DNA of 60,560 nucleotides, from positions 1 through 60,560 of the forward strand of contig JAQXGO010000029.1 of NCBI GenBank assembly GCA_029006755.1. Reading direction: 5' to 3'. Below are positions 18,828 to 27,837 of the stretch, piece by piece. The stretch's first letter is position 1; every line of letters starts with the position of its first letter. The translations under genes and the position numbers were made by a program. Origin of the DNA: Clostridia bacterium. Lineage in GTDB: Bacteria > Bacillota > Clostridia > UMGS1883 > UMGS1540. The notes under the pieces were generated by a model, which was not told the DNA's origin, did no database searches, and was given only the letters and a program-made list of their open reading frames with translations.

Positions 18828-19055
18828 ATGAAAGACCTTTTAGAGTTTATCGTAAAATCGCTTGTTTCCTGCCCGGATGATGCCGTGATTACAGAGACAG
18901 TAAATGGTGACGTGATTACCCTGACCGTGCAAGTAAATGAAGTGGATATGGGTAAGGTTATTGGCAAGCAGGGCAAGATTGCGAAGGCAATCCGCTCGCT
19001 GATGAAAGCGGCTGCCGCAAGGCATAACGTAAAAGTAAATGTCGACATTGTGTAA
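18828..19055 (+). CDS. KH-domain RNA-binding protein (YlqC/UPF0109)
   Basis: 75 aa with the VIGKQGKIAKAIRSL GXXG KH motif, in the conserved position between rpsP and rimM. Confidence 0.85.
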   Translation: MKDLLEFIVKSLVSCPDDAVITETVNGDVITLTVQVNEVDMGKVIGKQGKIAKAIRSLMKAAAARHNVKVNVDIV

Positions 19056-19134
19056 TGGATTTGCACGATATGGCGGGTCGGTCACTCAGTGACCGATCCC
19101 CTTTGGCCTTGCAAATACGAAAAGGAGAAAAACT

Positions 19135-19629
19135 ATGCTACTTTGCGGAAAAATTGTAAACACCCATGGTTTGGGCGGTGAGGTAAAGGTTTTGCCCTAT
19201 GCCGATCATCCGTCTTTTTTTGATAGCATTCATTGCCTTTGCCTGGCGGACGGCACAAGGCTGACACTACAAGGCTATCGTCCGCAAAAAGGCGCCCTTT
19301 TATTTCGCTTTGCAGAAATCAATACCATAGAAAAGGCGGAGGCACTCCGCGGACAGGCACTGTATGTGGAACGGCAGGAGGCACCGCCATTGCCGGAAGG
19401 TAGGTTCTATATTGTGGATATTATCGGCCTTTCTGTGGTTACAGATACCGGAAGGGAGCTTGGGCACGTTACCGAGGTTTTGCAGACCGGCAGTAATGAT
19501 GTATATGTTGTCCGCGGGGACAAGGAATATTTAATTCCGGTGATTGACGAGGTTGTGCTGGAGGTAAACCCCAGTGCAGGATTGATACGAATTAAGCCCT
19601 TGGAGGGACTGTTAGATGATGAAGATTGA
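19135..19629 (+). CDS. rimM: 16S rRNA processing protein RimM
   Basis: 164 aa. GKIVNTHGLGGEVKV...YIVDIIGL...PVIDEVV pattern, in operon context. Confidence 0.9.
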   Translation: MLLCGKIVNTHGLGGEVKVLPYADHPSFFDSIHCLCLADGTRLTLQGYRPQKGALLFRFAEINTIEKAEALRGQALYVERQEAPPLPEGRFYIVDIIGLSVVTDTGRELGHVTEVLQTGSNDVYVVRGDKEYLIPVIDEVVLEVNPSAGLIRIKPLEGLLDDED

Positions 19630-20308
19630 TGTTCTGACCCTGTTCCCCGGCATGTTTGAGGCTGTACTTGGTGACAGTATCATTGGTCGTGCCGCGGAAA
19701 AGGGTCTTTTGCATTTACAATATACAAATATTCGCGATTTTTCCTTGGATAAACACAAGCGGGTGGACGACTATCCCTATGGTGCCGGCGGCGGTATGGT
19801 TATGGCACCGCAACCGATTTACACTGCGTATCAGCACTTGACAGAAGGGTTGGAGGAAAAACCGCATGTGATCTATCTTTCGCCGCAAGGGAAGGTTTTC
19901 ACGCAGGAAAGGGCAAAGGCGCTTGCCTCAAACTATTCGCACCTTATTTTGCTTTGCGGACATTACGAAGGCGTGGATGAGCGTATTATAGAAGAAATTG
20001 TAGACGAGGAAATTTCGATTGGTGATTATGTGTTAACCGGTGGAGAAATTCCGGCAATGGCCGTGATTGATGCGGTCGCCAGAATGATTCCCGGCGTGGT
20101 ACAGCATGCGAATGCGGAAAGCGAATCCTTAGAGAACGGCCTTTTGGAGTATCCACAGTATACAAGACCGCCGGAATTCTTGGGGCGTAAGGTGCCGGAT
20201 GTGCTTTTGAGCGGGCATCATGCCGAAATTGTCAAATGGCGGCACCAAAAGTCCTTGGAACGCACTGCAAAAAAGCGGCCGGATTTACTGGCACCAAAGG
20301 CAGAATAA
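19616..20308 (+). CDS. trmD: tRNA (guanine37-N1)-methyltransferase TrmD
   Basis: 230 aa. IDVLTLFPGMF...DDYPYGGGxGMVM-like DDYPYGAGGGMVM...LLCGHYEGVDERI motifs. Confidence 0.95.
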   Translation: MMKIDVLTLFPGMFEAVLGDSIIGRAAEKGLLHLQYTNIRDFSLDKHKRVDDYPYGAGGGMVMAPQPIYTAYQHLTEGLEEKPHVIYLSPQGKVFTQERAKALASNYSHLILLCGHYEGVDERIIEEIVDEEISIGDYVLTGGEIPAMAVIDAVARMIPGVVQHANAESESLENGLLEYPQYTRPPEFLGRKVPDVLLSGHHAEIVKWRHQKSLERTAKKRPDLLAPKAE

Positions 20309-20321
20309 AGGAGCGTAGTAT

Positions 20322-22472
20322 ATGGCAAAAACACTGGTTTTAGCAGAAAAGCCTTCTGTTGGCAGAGAAATTGCGGCAGCTTTGGGTTGCCGCAAAAAGA
20401 TGCAGGGGTTTATAGAGGGGGAGCAATATATTGTTACCTGGGCATTGGGGCATTTGGTGACTTTGGAGGATCCGGAGCATTATGATGCGGCGTATAAGCG
20501 CTGGTCTTTGGAAACATTGCCAATGCTGCCGAAAAAGATGGCACTGAAGGTCATTCCGGACACAGCAAAACAGTATAAAGTTGTGCGCGACCTTTTGCGC
20601 CTTTCTACGGTAACCGAGGTGGTAATTGCAACGGATGCCGGACGGGAGGGGGAGTTGGTCGCCCGCTGGATTTTGGAAAAAGCAAGCTGCAAAAAGCCGA
20701 CAAAACGGCTTTGGATTTCTTCTCAGACACAGAAGGCGATTCGGGAGGGCTTTCAGAATTTGCAGGACGGCTCTGTCTATAACGGACTTTATGATGCGGC
20801 CTTTTCCCGTGCAGCAGCGGATTGGTTGGTTGGGCTGAACGTCACCCGTGCCCTAACCTGTAAGTTTGGCGCGCAGCTTTCTGCCGGCCGTGTGCAAACA
20901 CCCACCTTGGCGCTGATTGTGGAAAGAGAAAAAGAAATTGAGGCCTTTCGCTCTCGGCCGTACTACACGCTGCATGCGGATTTGGGGAACTTTTTTGTCA
21001 CCTGGCATGGCGAGGACGGACAAAGTGCCATTTTTGATAAAGCGGAAGCGGAGAAAAAGGCGGGGAAAATTCAAAATGCCACTTTTACCGTTACAGAGGT
21101 GAAGAGGACCAAGAAAACGACACCGCCGCCTGCACTCTATGACTTAACCGAATTGCAGCGGGATGCCAATAAACAATTTGGGTTTTCCCCAAAGGAAACC
21201 CTGCAATATATGCAGCGGCTTTATGAGGTACATAAAGCGCTGACCTATCCGCGTACGGATTCCCGTTACCTGCCTGCCGATATTGTGCCGACACTACCGG
21301 AGCGGCTGACAGCCATTGGGGTCAAAAGCCTTGCACCGTTTATTGCGGCAATACGAAAAGAAGGTATGGAGATTGCTAAAAGCTGTATAAATGATAAAAA
21401 GGTGACGGATCACCATGCAATTATTCCGACAGAACAGTATATAAACCCGGCAGAATTATCCGCCGAGGAAATGAAAATATATGGGTTGGTTACAAAGCGG
21501 TTTGTGGCATGCTTTTATCCATCCTATGCCTATGAATCCGTCAAAATCTACACGTCCTGCGAAGACGAGTGTTTTACCGCGCAAGGGCGCGTTGTGACGG
21601 AAGCCGGCTGGCGCAGTGTGCAGAACCTTACGGAGGAGGAAGAAGAGGGCGAACAGACGTTGCCGAAAATCCAAAAAGGGGACACCTTCTGCTGTCGCAG
21701 TACCCAGCTGAAAGCACAGAAAACAACACCGCCGGAGCGGTATACAGAAGCAACGCTTTTGTCGGCCATGGAGAATCCCGGCAAGTTTATTGCGGATAAG
21801 GTCATGCGTGCCTATATCGGCGGCGGATTGGGTACGCCGGCAACGCGTGCGGATATTATTGAGAAGCTTTACAAAGTGTTTTATATGGAGAAAAAAGACG
21901 GCAAGCATATTAGCCCGACCCCGAAGGCAATGCAGCTGATTGAGATTGTACCCGAACCGCTTCGTGCACCGCTTTTAACGGCAGAATGGGAAAGCCGGCT
22001 TGAAGAAATCCGGGCGGGCCGTAAAAAGAAAAAAGATTTTATTCGCGATATGGAGGCCTATGCCGCGAACTTAGTCAGCGAAATTAAGCAGAGCGAAAAG
22101 GTGTATGTGCACGAGAATTTGTCGTCTACACCTTGTCCGCTATGTGGCAAAATGATGCTGCGCGTGGAGGATAAAAAGGGGAATAAAATGATGGTCTGCA
22201 GCGACCGTACTTGCAGGGGCCGTGAAATCATCAGCCGCAAAACGGAGGTGCGCTGCCCGCAATGCAAAAAAAAGATGGAACTGTTTGGGACAGGGGAAAA
22301 GCAGAATTATATTTGTTCCTGCGGCTATCGGGAAAGGGCGGCTGAAAAATCTGTCGGTGCTTCGCGCGGGGAAGTGCGGCGATATATGTCCCGGCAGACA
22401 GAAGAGGCGCATACCACACTGGCCGATGCACTCAAAAAGGCGTTTGAAAATGGAAAGGAGGCACACAAATGA
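20322..22472 (+). CDS. topB: DNA topoisomerase III with C-terminal zinc ribbons
   Basis: 716 aa. Toprim LVLAEKPSVGREIA, DAGREGE, catalytic-Tyr region TYPRTDSRYL, and two CxxC...C..C fingers at the C-terminus. Confidence 0.85.
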   Translation: MAKTLVLAEKPSVGREIAAALGCRKKMQGFIEGEQYIVTWALGHLVTLEDPEHYDAAYKRWSLETLPMLPKKMALKVIPDTAKQYKVVRDLLRLSTVTEVVIATDAGREGELVARWILEKASCKKPTKRLWISSQTQKAIREGFQNLQDGSVYNGLYDAAFSRAAADWLVGLNVTRALTCKFGAQLSAGRVQTPTLALIVEREKEIEAFRSRPYYTLHADLGNFFVTWHGEDGQSAIFDKAEAEKKAGKIQNATFTVTEVKRTKKTTPPPALYDLTELQRDANKQFGFSPKETLQYMQRLYEVHKALTYPRTDSRYLPADIVPTLPERLTAIGVKSLAPFIAAIRKEGMEIAKSCINDKKVTDHHAIIPTEQYINPAELSAEEMKIYGLVTKRFVACFYPSYAYESVKIYTSCEDECFTAQGRVVTEAGWRSVQNLTEEEEEGEQTLPKIQKGDTFCCRSTQLKAQKTTPPERYTEATLLSAMENPGKFIADKVMRAYIGGGLGTPATRADIIEKLYKVFYMEKKDGKHISPTPKAMQLIEIVPEPLRAPLLTAEWESRLEEIRAGRKKKKDFIRDMEAYAANLVSEIKQSEKVYVHENLSSTPCPLCGKMMLRVEDKKGNKMMVCSDRTCRGREIISRKTEVRCPQCKKKMELFGTGEKQNYICSCGYRERAAEKSVGASRGEVRRYMSRQTEEAHTTLADALKKAFENGKEAHK

Positions 22473-24811
22473 CAGTACGAGATTTAAAAATCGGTCAATC
22501 GGGCACGATATTGTCCGTGGGCGGTAATGGGGCACTCCGACAGCATTTTCTTGATATGGGACTGATTCCCGGCACCATGGTGACTTTGGTCAAGTTTGCG
22601 CCAATGGGGGATCCTATAGAACTCTTAATCCGGGGATATGAGCTGACCATTCGGGTGGCCGATGCAGAAAACATAGAGATTGCGCCGCTGGATACAAAAA
22701 CAGAGACAGTCCAAAAGACAGCGCGAAAAAAAGAACCGCCCCACCCCGGACTGGGAGAGAGCGGTCGGCACCACAATAAGGCTACGGCAAATCCGCTGCC
22801 GGAGGGCACACGGCTGACATTTGCACTGGTCGGCAACCAAAACTGCGGCAAGACAACGCTGTTTAATCGCCTGACAGGAGCAAATCAGCATGTCGGCAAC
22901 TTTCCGGGCGTCACTGTTGAACGGAAGGATGGCGCAATGAAGGGGTATCCCAATACCTGCGTGACTGATTTGCCGGGGATATATTCCATGTCCCCCTATA
23001 CCAGTGAGGAACTGGTGACACGTTCCTTTATTTTGGAAGAAAGGCCGAAAGGCATTATCAATATTGTGGATGCCTCCAATATTGAGCGCAATTTGTATCT
23101 GACAATGCAGCTTCTGGCTTTGGATATTCCGATGGTGGTTGCGCTGAACATGATGGACGAGGTCCGCGAAAATGGCGGCAGTATACGCATTAACGCCATG
23201 GAGGAGCTTTTAGGTGTGCCGGTCATTCCGATTTCTGCGGCAAAAAACGAAGGCATTGATGAACTGATTGACCATGCAATGCATGTAGCAAAGTACCGGG
23301 AATGTCCGGCAAAGCAAGATTTTTGTTTTGCAGATGACGAAGGGAGTGCCGTGCATCGATGCATCCATGGTATCATGCATCTTATAGAGGATCACGCCAT
23401 AAAGGCAGATGTGCCGGTATGGTTTGCAGCCGTAAAGCTCGCAGAGCGCGATGTCCGCGTGGCAGAACGGCTCTCCTTAGAGAAAAATGAAACGGAGATG
23501 CTGGAACATATTATTCAGCAGATGGAAAAAGAACGGCGGCTCGATTGCGCCGCGGCCATTGCCGACATGCGTTTTCGCTTTATCCGCCGGGTTTGTGATG
23601 AAACGGTCATTAAGCCCCGCGAGAGCCGGGAACACGCGCGTAGCCGGCAAATTGACAAGTTTTTAACCGGCAAATACACGGCGATACCTGCTTTTATCGG
23701 CATTATGGCCTTAGTGTTCTGGCTGACCTTTCACGTGATTGGGGCAGCGCTTGCAGACCTTTTGGAGCAAGGCATTACGGTTTTAACGGCACTTTTGGAT
23801 ACAGCCATGACCGCAACCGGTGTCAATGCTGTTTTAAAGTCCCTGGTCATTGACGGCGTTTGCAACGGCGTAGGCAGCGTATTAAGCTTCCTGCCCATTA
23901 TTATCACATTATTTTTCTTTCTGTCCATGCTGGAGGACAGTGGGTATATTGCAAGAGTTGCGTTTGTTATGGATAAGCTGCTTCGTAAAATCGGTCTTTC
24001 CGGCCGAAGCATTGTGCCAATGCTGATTGGCTTTGGATGCACCGTGCCCGGTGTGATGGCGAGCCGCACACTGGCTTCGGAACGGGACAGAAAAATGACG
24101 GTTTTGCTGACGCCCTTTATGAGCTGTTCCGCGAAGCTACCGATATATGTCTTTTTCACTGCCGCATTTTTCCCGGGGCATGAAACACTTGTAATGGTAC
24201 TTTTGTATTTTGGCAGTATTTTCGTGGGCATTTTGACCGCGCTCATTATGAAAGGCACACTGTTTCGCGGTGAACCAGTGCCCTTTGTTATGGAACTGCC
24301 GAACTACCGCATGCCCGCGCCGAAAAGCGTTTTCCAGCTTTTGTGGGAAAAGGCAAAGGACTTTTTGCAGCGTGCGTTTACGATTATTTTCATAGCGACA
24401 ATTGTGATCTGGTTCTTGCAGTCCTTTGATTTGCATTTGGACTTAGTACAAAATTCACAAGATAGCATTCTGGCTGCCGTGGCCGGTCTGCTTGCGCCTG
24501 TCTTCCGCCCGGTGGGTTTTGGAGATTGGCGCATTTCCACAGCGCTGATTACGGGATTTATTGCCAAGGAAAGCGTGGTTTCCACCCTTTCGGTATTATC
24601 CCTTTCGGCAGAAACATTACCAAGCTTTTTGTCTGCCGTATCCGCGGCCTCGCTTTTGGCCTTCTGTCTTCTTTATACGCCGTGCGTGGCTGCCGTGGCG
24701 GCCATCAAACGCGAACTTGGCTTCAAATGGGCGGTATATGTAGTTGTGGGGCAATGCGCGATTGCGTATGCGGCAGCCCTTGCGGTACAGCTTGTCGGCA
24801 GCCTTTTATAA
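22469..24811 (+). CDS. feoB: Fused FeoA-FeoB ferrous iron transporter
   Basis: 780 aa. N-terminal FeoA SH3-like domain (LKIGQSGTILSV...), then the G-domain GNQNCGKTTLFN and a multi-TM permease. ATGA overlap with the topB stop. Confidence 0.9.
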   Translation: MTVRDLKIGQSGTILSVGGNGALRQHFLDMGLIPGTMVTLVKFAPMGDPIELLIRGYELTIRVADAENIEIAPLDTKTETVQKTARKKEPPHPGLGESGRHHNKATANPLPEGTRLTFALVGNQNCGKTTLFNRLTGANQHVGNFPGVTVERKDGAMKGYPNTCVTDLPGIYSMSPYTSEELVTRSFILEERPKGIINIVDASNIERNLYLTMQLLALDIPMVVALNMMDEVRENGGSIRINAMEELLGVPVIPISAAKNEGIDELIDHAMHVAKYRECPAKQDFCFADDEGSAVHRCIHGIMHLIEDHAIKADVPVWFAAVKLAERDVRVAERLSLEKNETEMLEHIIQQMEKERRLDCAAAIADMRFRFIRRVCDETVIKPRESREHARSRQIDKFLTGKYTAIPAFIGIMALVFWLTFHVIGAALADLLEQGITVLTALLDTAMTATGVNAVLKSLVIDGVCNGVGSVLSFLPIIITLFFFLSMLEDSGYIARVAFVMDKLLRKIGLSGRSIVPMLIGFGCTVPGVMASRTLASERDRKMTVLLTPFMSCSAKLPIYVFFTAAFFPGHETLVMVLLYFGSIFVGILTALIMKGTLFRGEPVPFVMELPNYRMPAPKSVFQLLWEKAKDFLQRAFTIIFIATIVIWFLQSFDLHLDLVQNSQDSILAAVAGLLAPVFRPVGFGDWRISTALITGFIAKESVVSTLSVLSLSAETLPSFLSAVSAASLLAFCLLYTPCVAAVAAIKRELGFKWAVYVVVGQCAIAYAAALAVQLVGSLL

Positions 24812-25492
24812 AGGCCGTCGCTTCAGCGTTTTTAAGTATGCTTTTTGTGCCGGAGAAATCCGCCTGGATTCTATGGCTTTTTGAATACTTTTGTTATGTA
24901 CCCACAAGGAGAGTTTGTTTTTTGTGAAAAAGGGCAAAATAGCTTTATACTGCTTTGCAAGCGCGGTCGCAAAATACCAGCTTTGCATCATTTTTACATA
25001 ATATTCGTCTTGTGTCAGGGCGGCCACCTTTTCGGCTTGCTCGGGTGCGAAGGCATCGTCTAAAAAGTATCGCATCAGTAATCCAATGCCATAGCGCACA
25101 GTATAGACTGCATCGTCTGCCATCCATCGCTCAATTTCCGGCAGCATGCGGTCTTTGTTTTTGTCAAAAACCTTGGGTAAAAACGAGTCGCAGGTGGCCC
25201 AGTTGTTGATATAGGGCAGAAAGCGGTCAACGGCGATGACAGCTTTTTCAAAAGAAGGCTCGTATTCCAAAAGAAAAGCATGCAAATTATTTTCCTCATA
25301 GTAGGTGTGCGGTAAAATCTCCAAAAAGGAGGCCGCTTGCGGCGTTTTGTGCAGACGGCGTGCATATTGCCGGAGGAGAGGGGTGCGCACCCCAATGACC
25401 GTCTCTTTCGGTACGGTGGGCATCAGTGCACACTGAAAGTCCTTATATTTTAAATCCTGCATATCGAAAAGTGCCTGAGTTATTTCCTGCAT
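24806..25492 (-). CDS. DNA alkylation repair protein (AlkD-like HEAT-repeat family)
   Basis: 228 aa from ATG 25492 (SD AAAGGAG). The WATCDSF and YVKMMQSWYFATAL patterns are typical of this family. Confidence 0.7.
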   Translation of the reverse strand: MQEITQALFDMQDLKYKDFQCALMPTVPKETVIGVRTPLLRQYARRLHKTPQAASFLEILPHTYYEENNLHAFLLEYEPSFEKAVIAVDRFLPYINNWATCDSFLPKVFDKNKDRMLPEIERWMADDAVYTVRYGIGLLMRYFLDDAFAPEQAEKVAALTQDEYYVKMMQSWYFATALAKQYKAILPFFTKNKLSLWVHNKSIQKAIESRRISPAQKAYLKTLKRRPL

Positions 25493-25625
25493 AACATTCA
25501 CTCCTTTGGTCATAGTTTATCATAATTTGACACGTTTTTCAATCTATTTCATAGAATAAAATAGGGGAAATTTCGTGGAAAACTGCATCATATACAAATT
25601 TCGTCAAACTTTTTTAAAAAAAGGC

Positions 25626-25654
25626 TTGTTAAATATTTATCAATGTGCTATACT
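25626..25654 (+). promoter_or_regulatory. Sigma-A-type promoter (extended -10) for the mdh-hdr-flx-frd-fum operon
   Basis: TTGTTA (25626-25631), 17-nt spacer, TGcTATACT (-10 at 25649-25654). Confidence 0.5.
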
Positions 25655-25700
25655 ATATGCGTGAAAGATTGATTATTTTTTGTCAAACGAATATGGAGGG

Positions 25701-26654
25701 ATGAAAGTGAGTAGAAAGATTACGATTATTGGTGCCGGAAGCGTAGGTTCAACCATTGCCTACACTTTGTCGAATGACGATATTGCTTCCGAGGTTGTAT
25801 TGATTGATATAAAAAAGAATAAGGTGGAGGGTGAAGTTCTGGACATTATGCAAGGAACCAGCTTTCGAGACCCTATCTCGATTGTAGCCGGGGACTATGC
25901 AGATGCAGCAGGATCGGATATTGTAATCATCACCTCCGGGATTGCCAGAAAGCCCGGGCAGTCACGCTTGGAGCTTGTGCAGACCAACGTAAATATCATA
26001 AAAGAAATTGCGCCAAAGATTGTAGCGGCCGCACCGGATGCTTTGTATATTATCGTCAGTAACCCCGTAGATATTATTACGTATGTATTCACAAAGATTT
26101 CCGGCTTGCCGGAGCATAGAATCATTGGGTCCGGTACGCTTTTGGATACAGCGCGGCTTCGCTGTGCATTGTCAGAGCATTTCATGGTCGGACAGAAGAA
26201 CATGCATGCCTATGTTTTTGGCGAGCATGGGGATTCTTCCTTTATTCCCTGGTCTTGCGCAGTTGTTTCCGGCGTGCAGATAGATGAATACAGTAACATC
26301 ATGGCTTCCCATGGCCTTTTGGATAAGCCACTCGATAAAGAAGAAATGACATCGTATATTCATAAATCCGGCGGTACGATTATTGCCAATAAGGGCGCAA
26401 CGTACTATGCCGTTTCCGTATCTGTTTGCCGCCTATGCGCTGTGCTCTTGTCGGCAGAGGATTCGATTTTAACCATTTCTTCCATGATGCATGGGGAATA
26501 TGGCATTGAAGATGTTTGCATCAGTACCCTGACGCTGGTAGGGCCGAATGGCATTCGAACCAAAGTGCCGGTTCGCCTAACGGAGGAAGAAACCCAGAAA
26601 CTCCGCGATAGTGCCGATAAGTTGAAGGAAGTTATTCAAAGCATAAATATATAA
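25701..26654 (+). CDS. LDH/MDH-superfamily 2-hydroxyacid dehydrogenase, predicted malate dehydrogenase
   Basis: IIGAGSVG Rossmann fold, DTARLR, GEHGDS active-site His. The substrate-discriminating position reads IARKPGQSR (Arg where LDHs have Gln). GTG 25707 is an alternative start with better SD spacing. Confidence 0.8.
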   Translation: MKVSRKITIIGAGSVGSTIAYTLSNDDIASEVVLIDIKKNKVEGEVLDIMQGTSFRDPISIVAGDYADAAGSDIVIITSGIARKPGQSRLELVQTNVNIIKEIAPKIVAAAPDALYIIVSNPVDIITYVFTKISGLPEHRIIGSGTLLDTARLRCALSEHFMVGQKNMHAYVFGEHGDSSFIPWSCAVVSGVQIDEYSNIMASHGLLDKPLDKEEMTSYIHKSGGTIIANKGATYYAVSVSVCRLCAVLLSAEDSILTISSMMHGEYGIEDVCISTLTLVGPNGIRTKVPVRLTEEETQKLRDSADKLKEVIQSINI

Positions 26655-26673
26655 AAGAAGAAAGGACAGCAGT

Positions 26674-27459
26674 ATGAAGTACAGTTATTATCCCGGCTGC
26701 ACCATGAAAGCAAAGGCGGCTTATGCGGATGCCTGTGCAAGGCGTTCTGCTGCAGCATTAGGCTTTGCCATGGAGGAATTGCAGGACTGGCAATGTTGTG
26801 GTGGTGTGTACCCCTTAGGGGCAGATGAGGTTGCCACGAAATTATCCTCTGTGCGTGCACTTATGGCAGCGCAGGAAAAAGGGCAGGATGTGATTACATT
26901 ATGCGCAGCTTGCCATCATGTTTTAAAGCGTGTGAACGACGATATGCGGCATGTACCTGCAGTGCAGGAAAAGGTTGCGCGCTACATGGGAACAGAGGCC
27001 CCGTATCAGGGGGAAACGAATGTGTACCACTATTTAGAGGTGTTGCGCGATACAGTCGGCTTTGACACGATAAAGAAAAAGGTTGTAAAGCCATTTACCG
27101 GACAGAAAATCGGTGCTTATTACGGCTGTCTGCTCCTTCGCCCCGGCAAGATTATGGGGTTTGACGACCCGGAGAATCCGACGGTTTTGGAGGATTTCAT
27201 TCGAGCCATAGGGGCAGAACCTGTTTTGTATCCCTACCGCAACGAGTGTTGCGGTGGGTACATATCCTTACGGGAAAAAGCACTGGCCGGCAATATGTGC
27301 GAAAATATTGTTGCTTCTGCTGCCGGGTTTGGCGCAGAAATGCTCGTTACCGCATGTCCGCTTTGCCAATATAATCTGACAAAGACGACCAAAATGCCGG
27401 TACGCTTCTTTACAGAGCTTTTGGCGGAAGCACTCGGATTGGAGGGTGAGGAAGCATGA
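26674..27459 (+). CDS. hdrB: Heterodisulfide reductase subunit B-like (two CCG domains)
   Basis: 261 aa. YYPGCT...WQCCGG and ...ECCGGY... CCG motifs. Confidence 0.85.
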   Translation: MKYSYYPGCTMKAKAAYADACARRSAAALGFAMEELQDWQCCGGVYPLGADEVATKLSSVRALMAAQEKGQDVITLCAACHHVLKRVNDDMRHVPAVQEKVARYMGTEAPYQGETNVYHYLEVLRDTVGFDTIKKKVVKPFTGQKIGAYYGCLLLRPGKIMGFDDPENPTVLEDFIRAIGAEPVLYPYRNECCGGYISLREKALAGNMCENIVASAAGFGAEMLVTACPLCQYNLTKTTKMPVRFFTELLAEALGLEGEEA

Positions 27460-27833
27460 AAACAGTAGATGAAATCCGTGAAATCAGCGGGGTGAATCCC
27501 TATAAATGTATGAAGTGTGGGAAGTGCTCTGCCAGCTGCCCGTCCTATGCAGAAATGGATATTAAGCCCCACCAGTTTGTTTCTTATGTACAGCGTGGGG
27601 AGATTGAAGCACTTACTGCTTCTCGTTCCTTAGAAAAATGCCTTTCCTGCTTTGCTTGTATTGAGCGTTGCCCAAGGTCGGTAGAGCCGGCAAGGCTTAT
27701 TGATGCTGCACGGCAGCTTGTGGTGCGGCGGCGTGGCGAAACGATGCTCTCGCCGGATGAAATTCCTGCCTTGGCGGAAAGCGATGCACCGCCGCAGCTT
27801 TTAGTCAGTGCGTTTAGAAGGTATAGGAGGTAA
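27456..27833 (+). CDS. hdrC: Heterodisulfide reductase subunit C-like 4Fe-4S dicluster protein
   Basis: 125 aa. CMKCGKCSASCP and CLSCFACIERCP motifs. ATGA overlap with hdrB. Confidence 0.85.
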   Translation: MKTVDEIREISGVNPYKCMKCGKCSASCPSYAEMDIKPHQFVSYVQRGEIEALTASRSLEKCLSCFACIERCPRSVEPARLIDAARQLVVRRRGETMLSPDEIPALAESDAPPQLLVSAFRRYRR

Positions 27834-27837
27834 TTGT

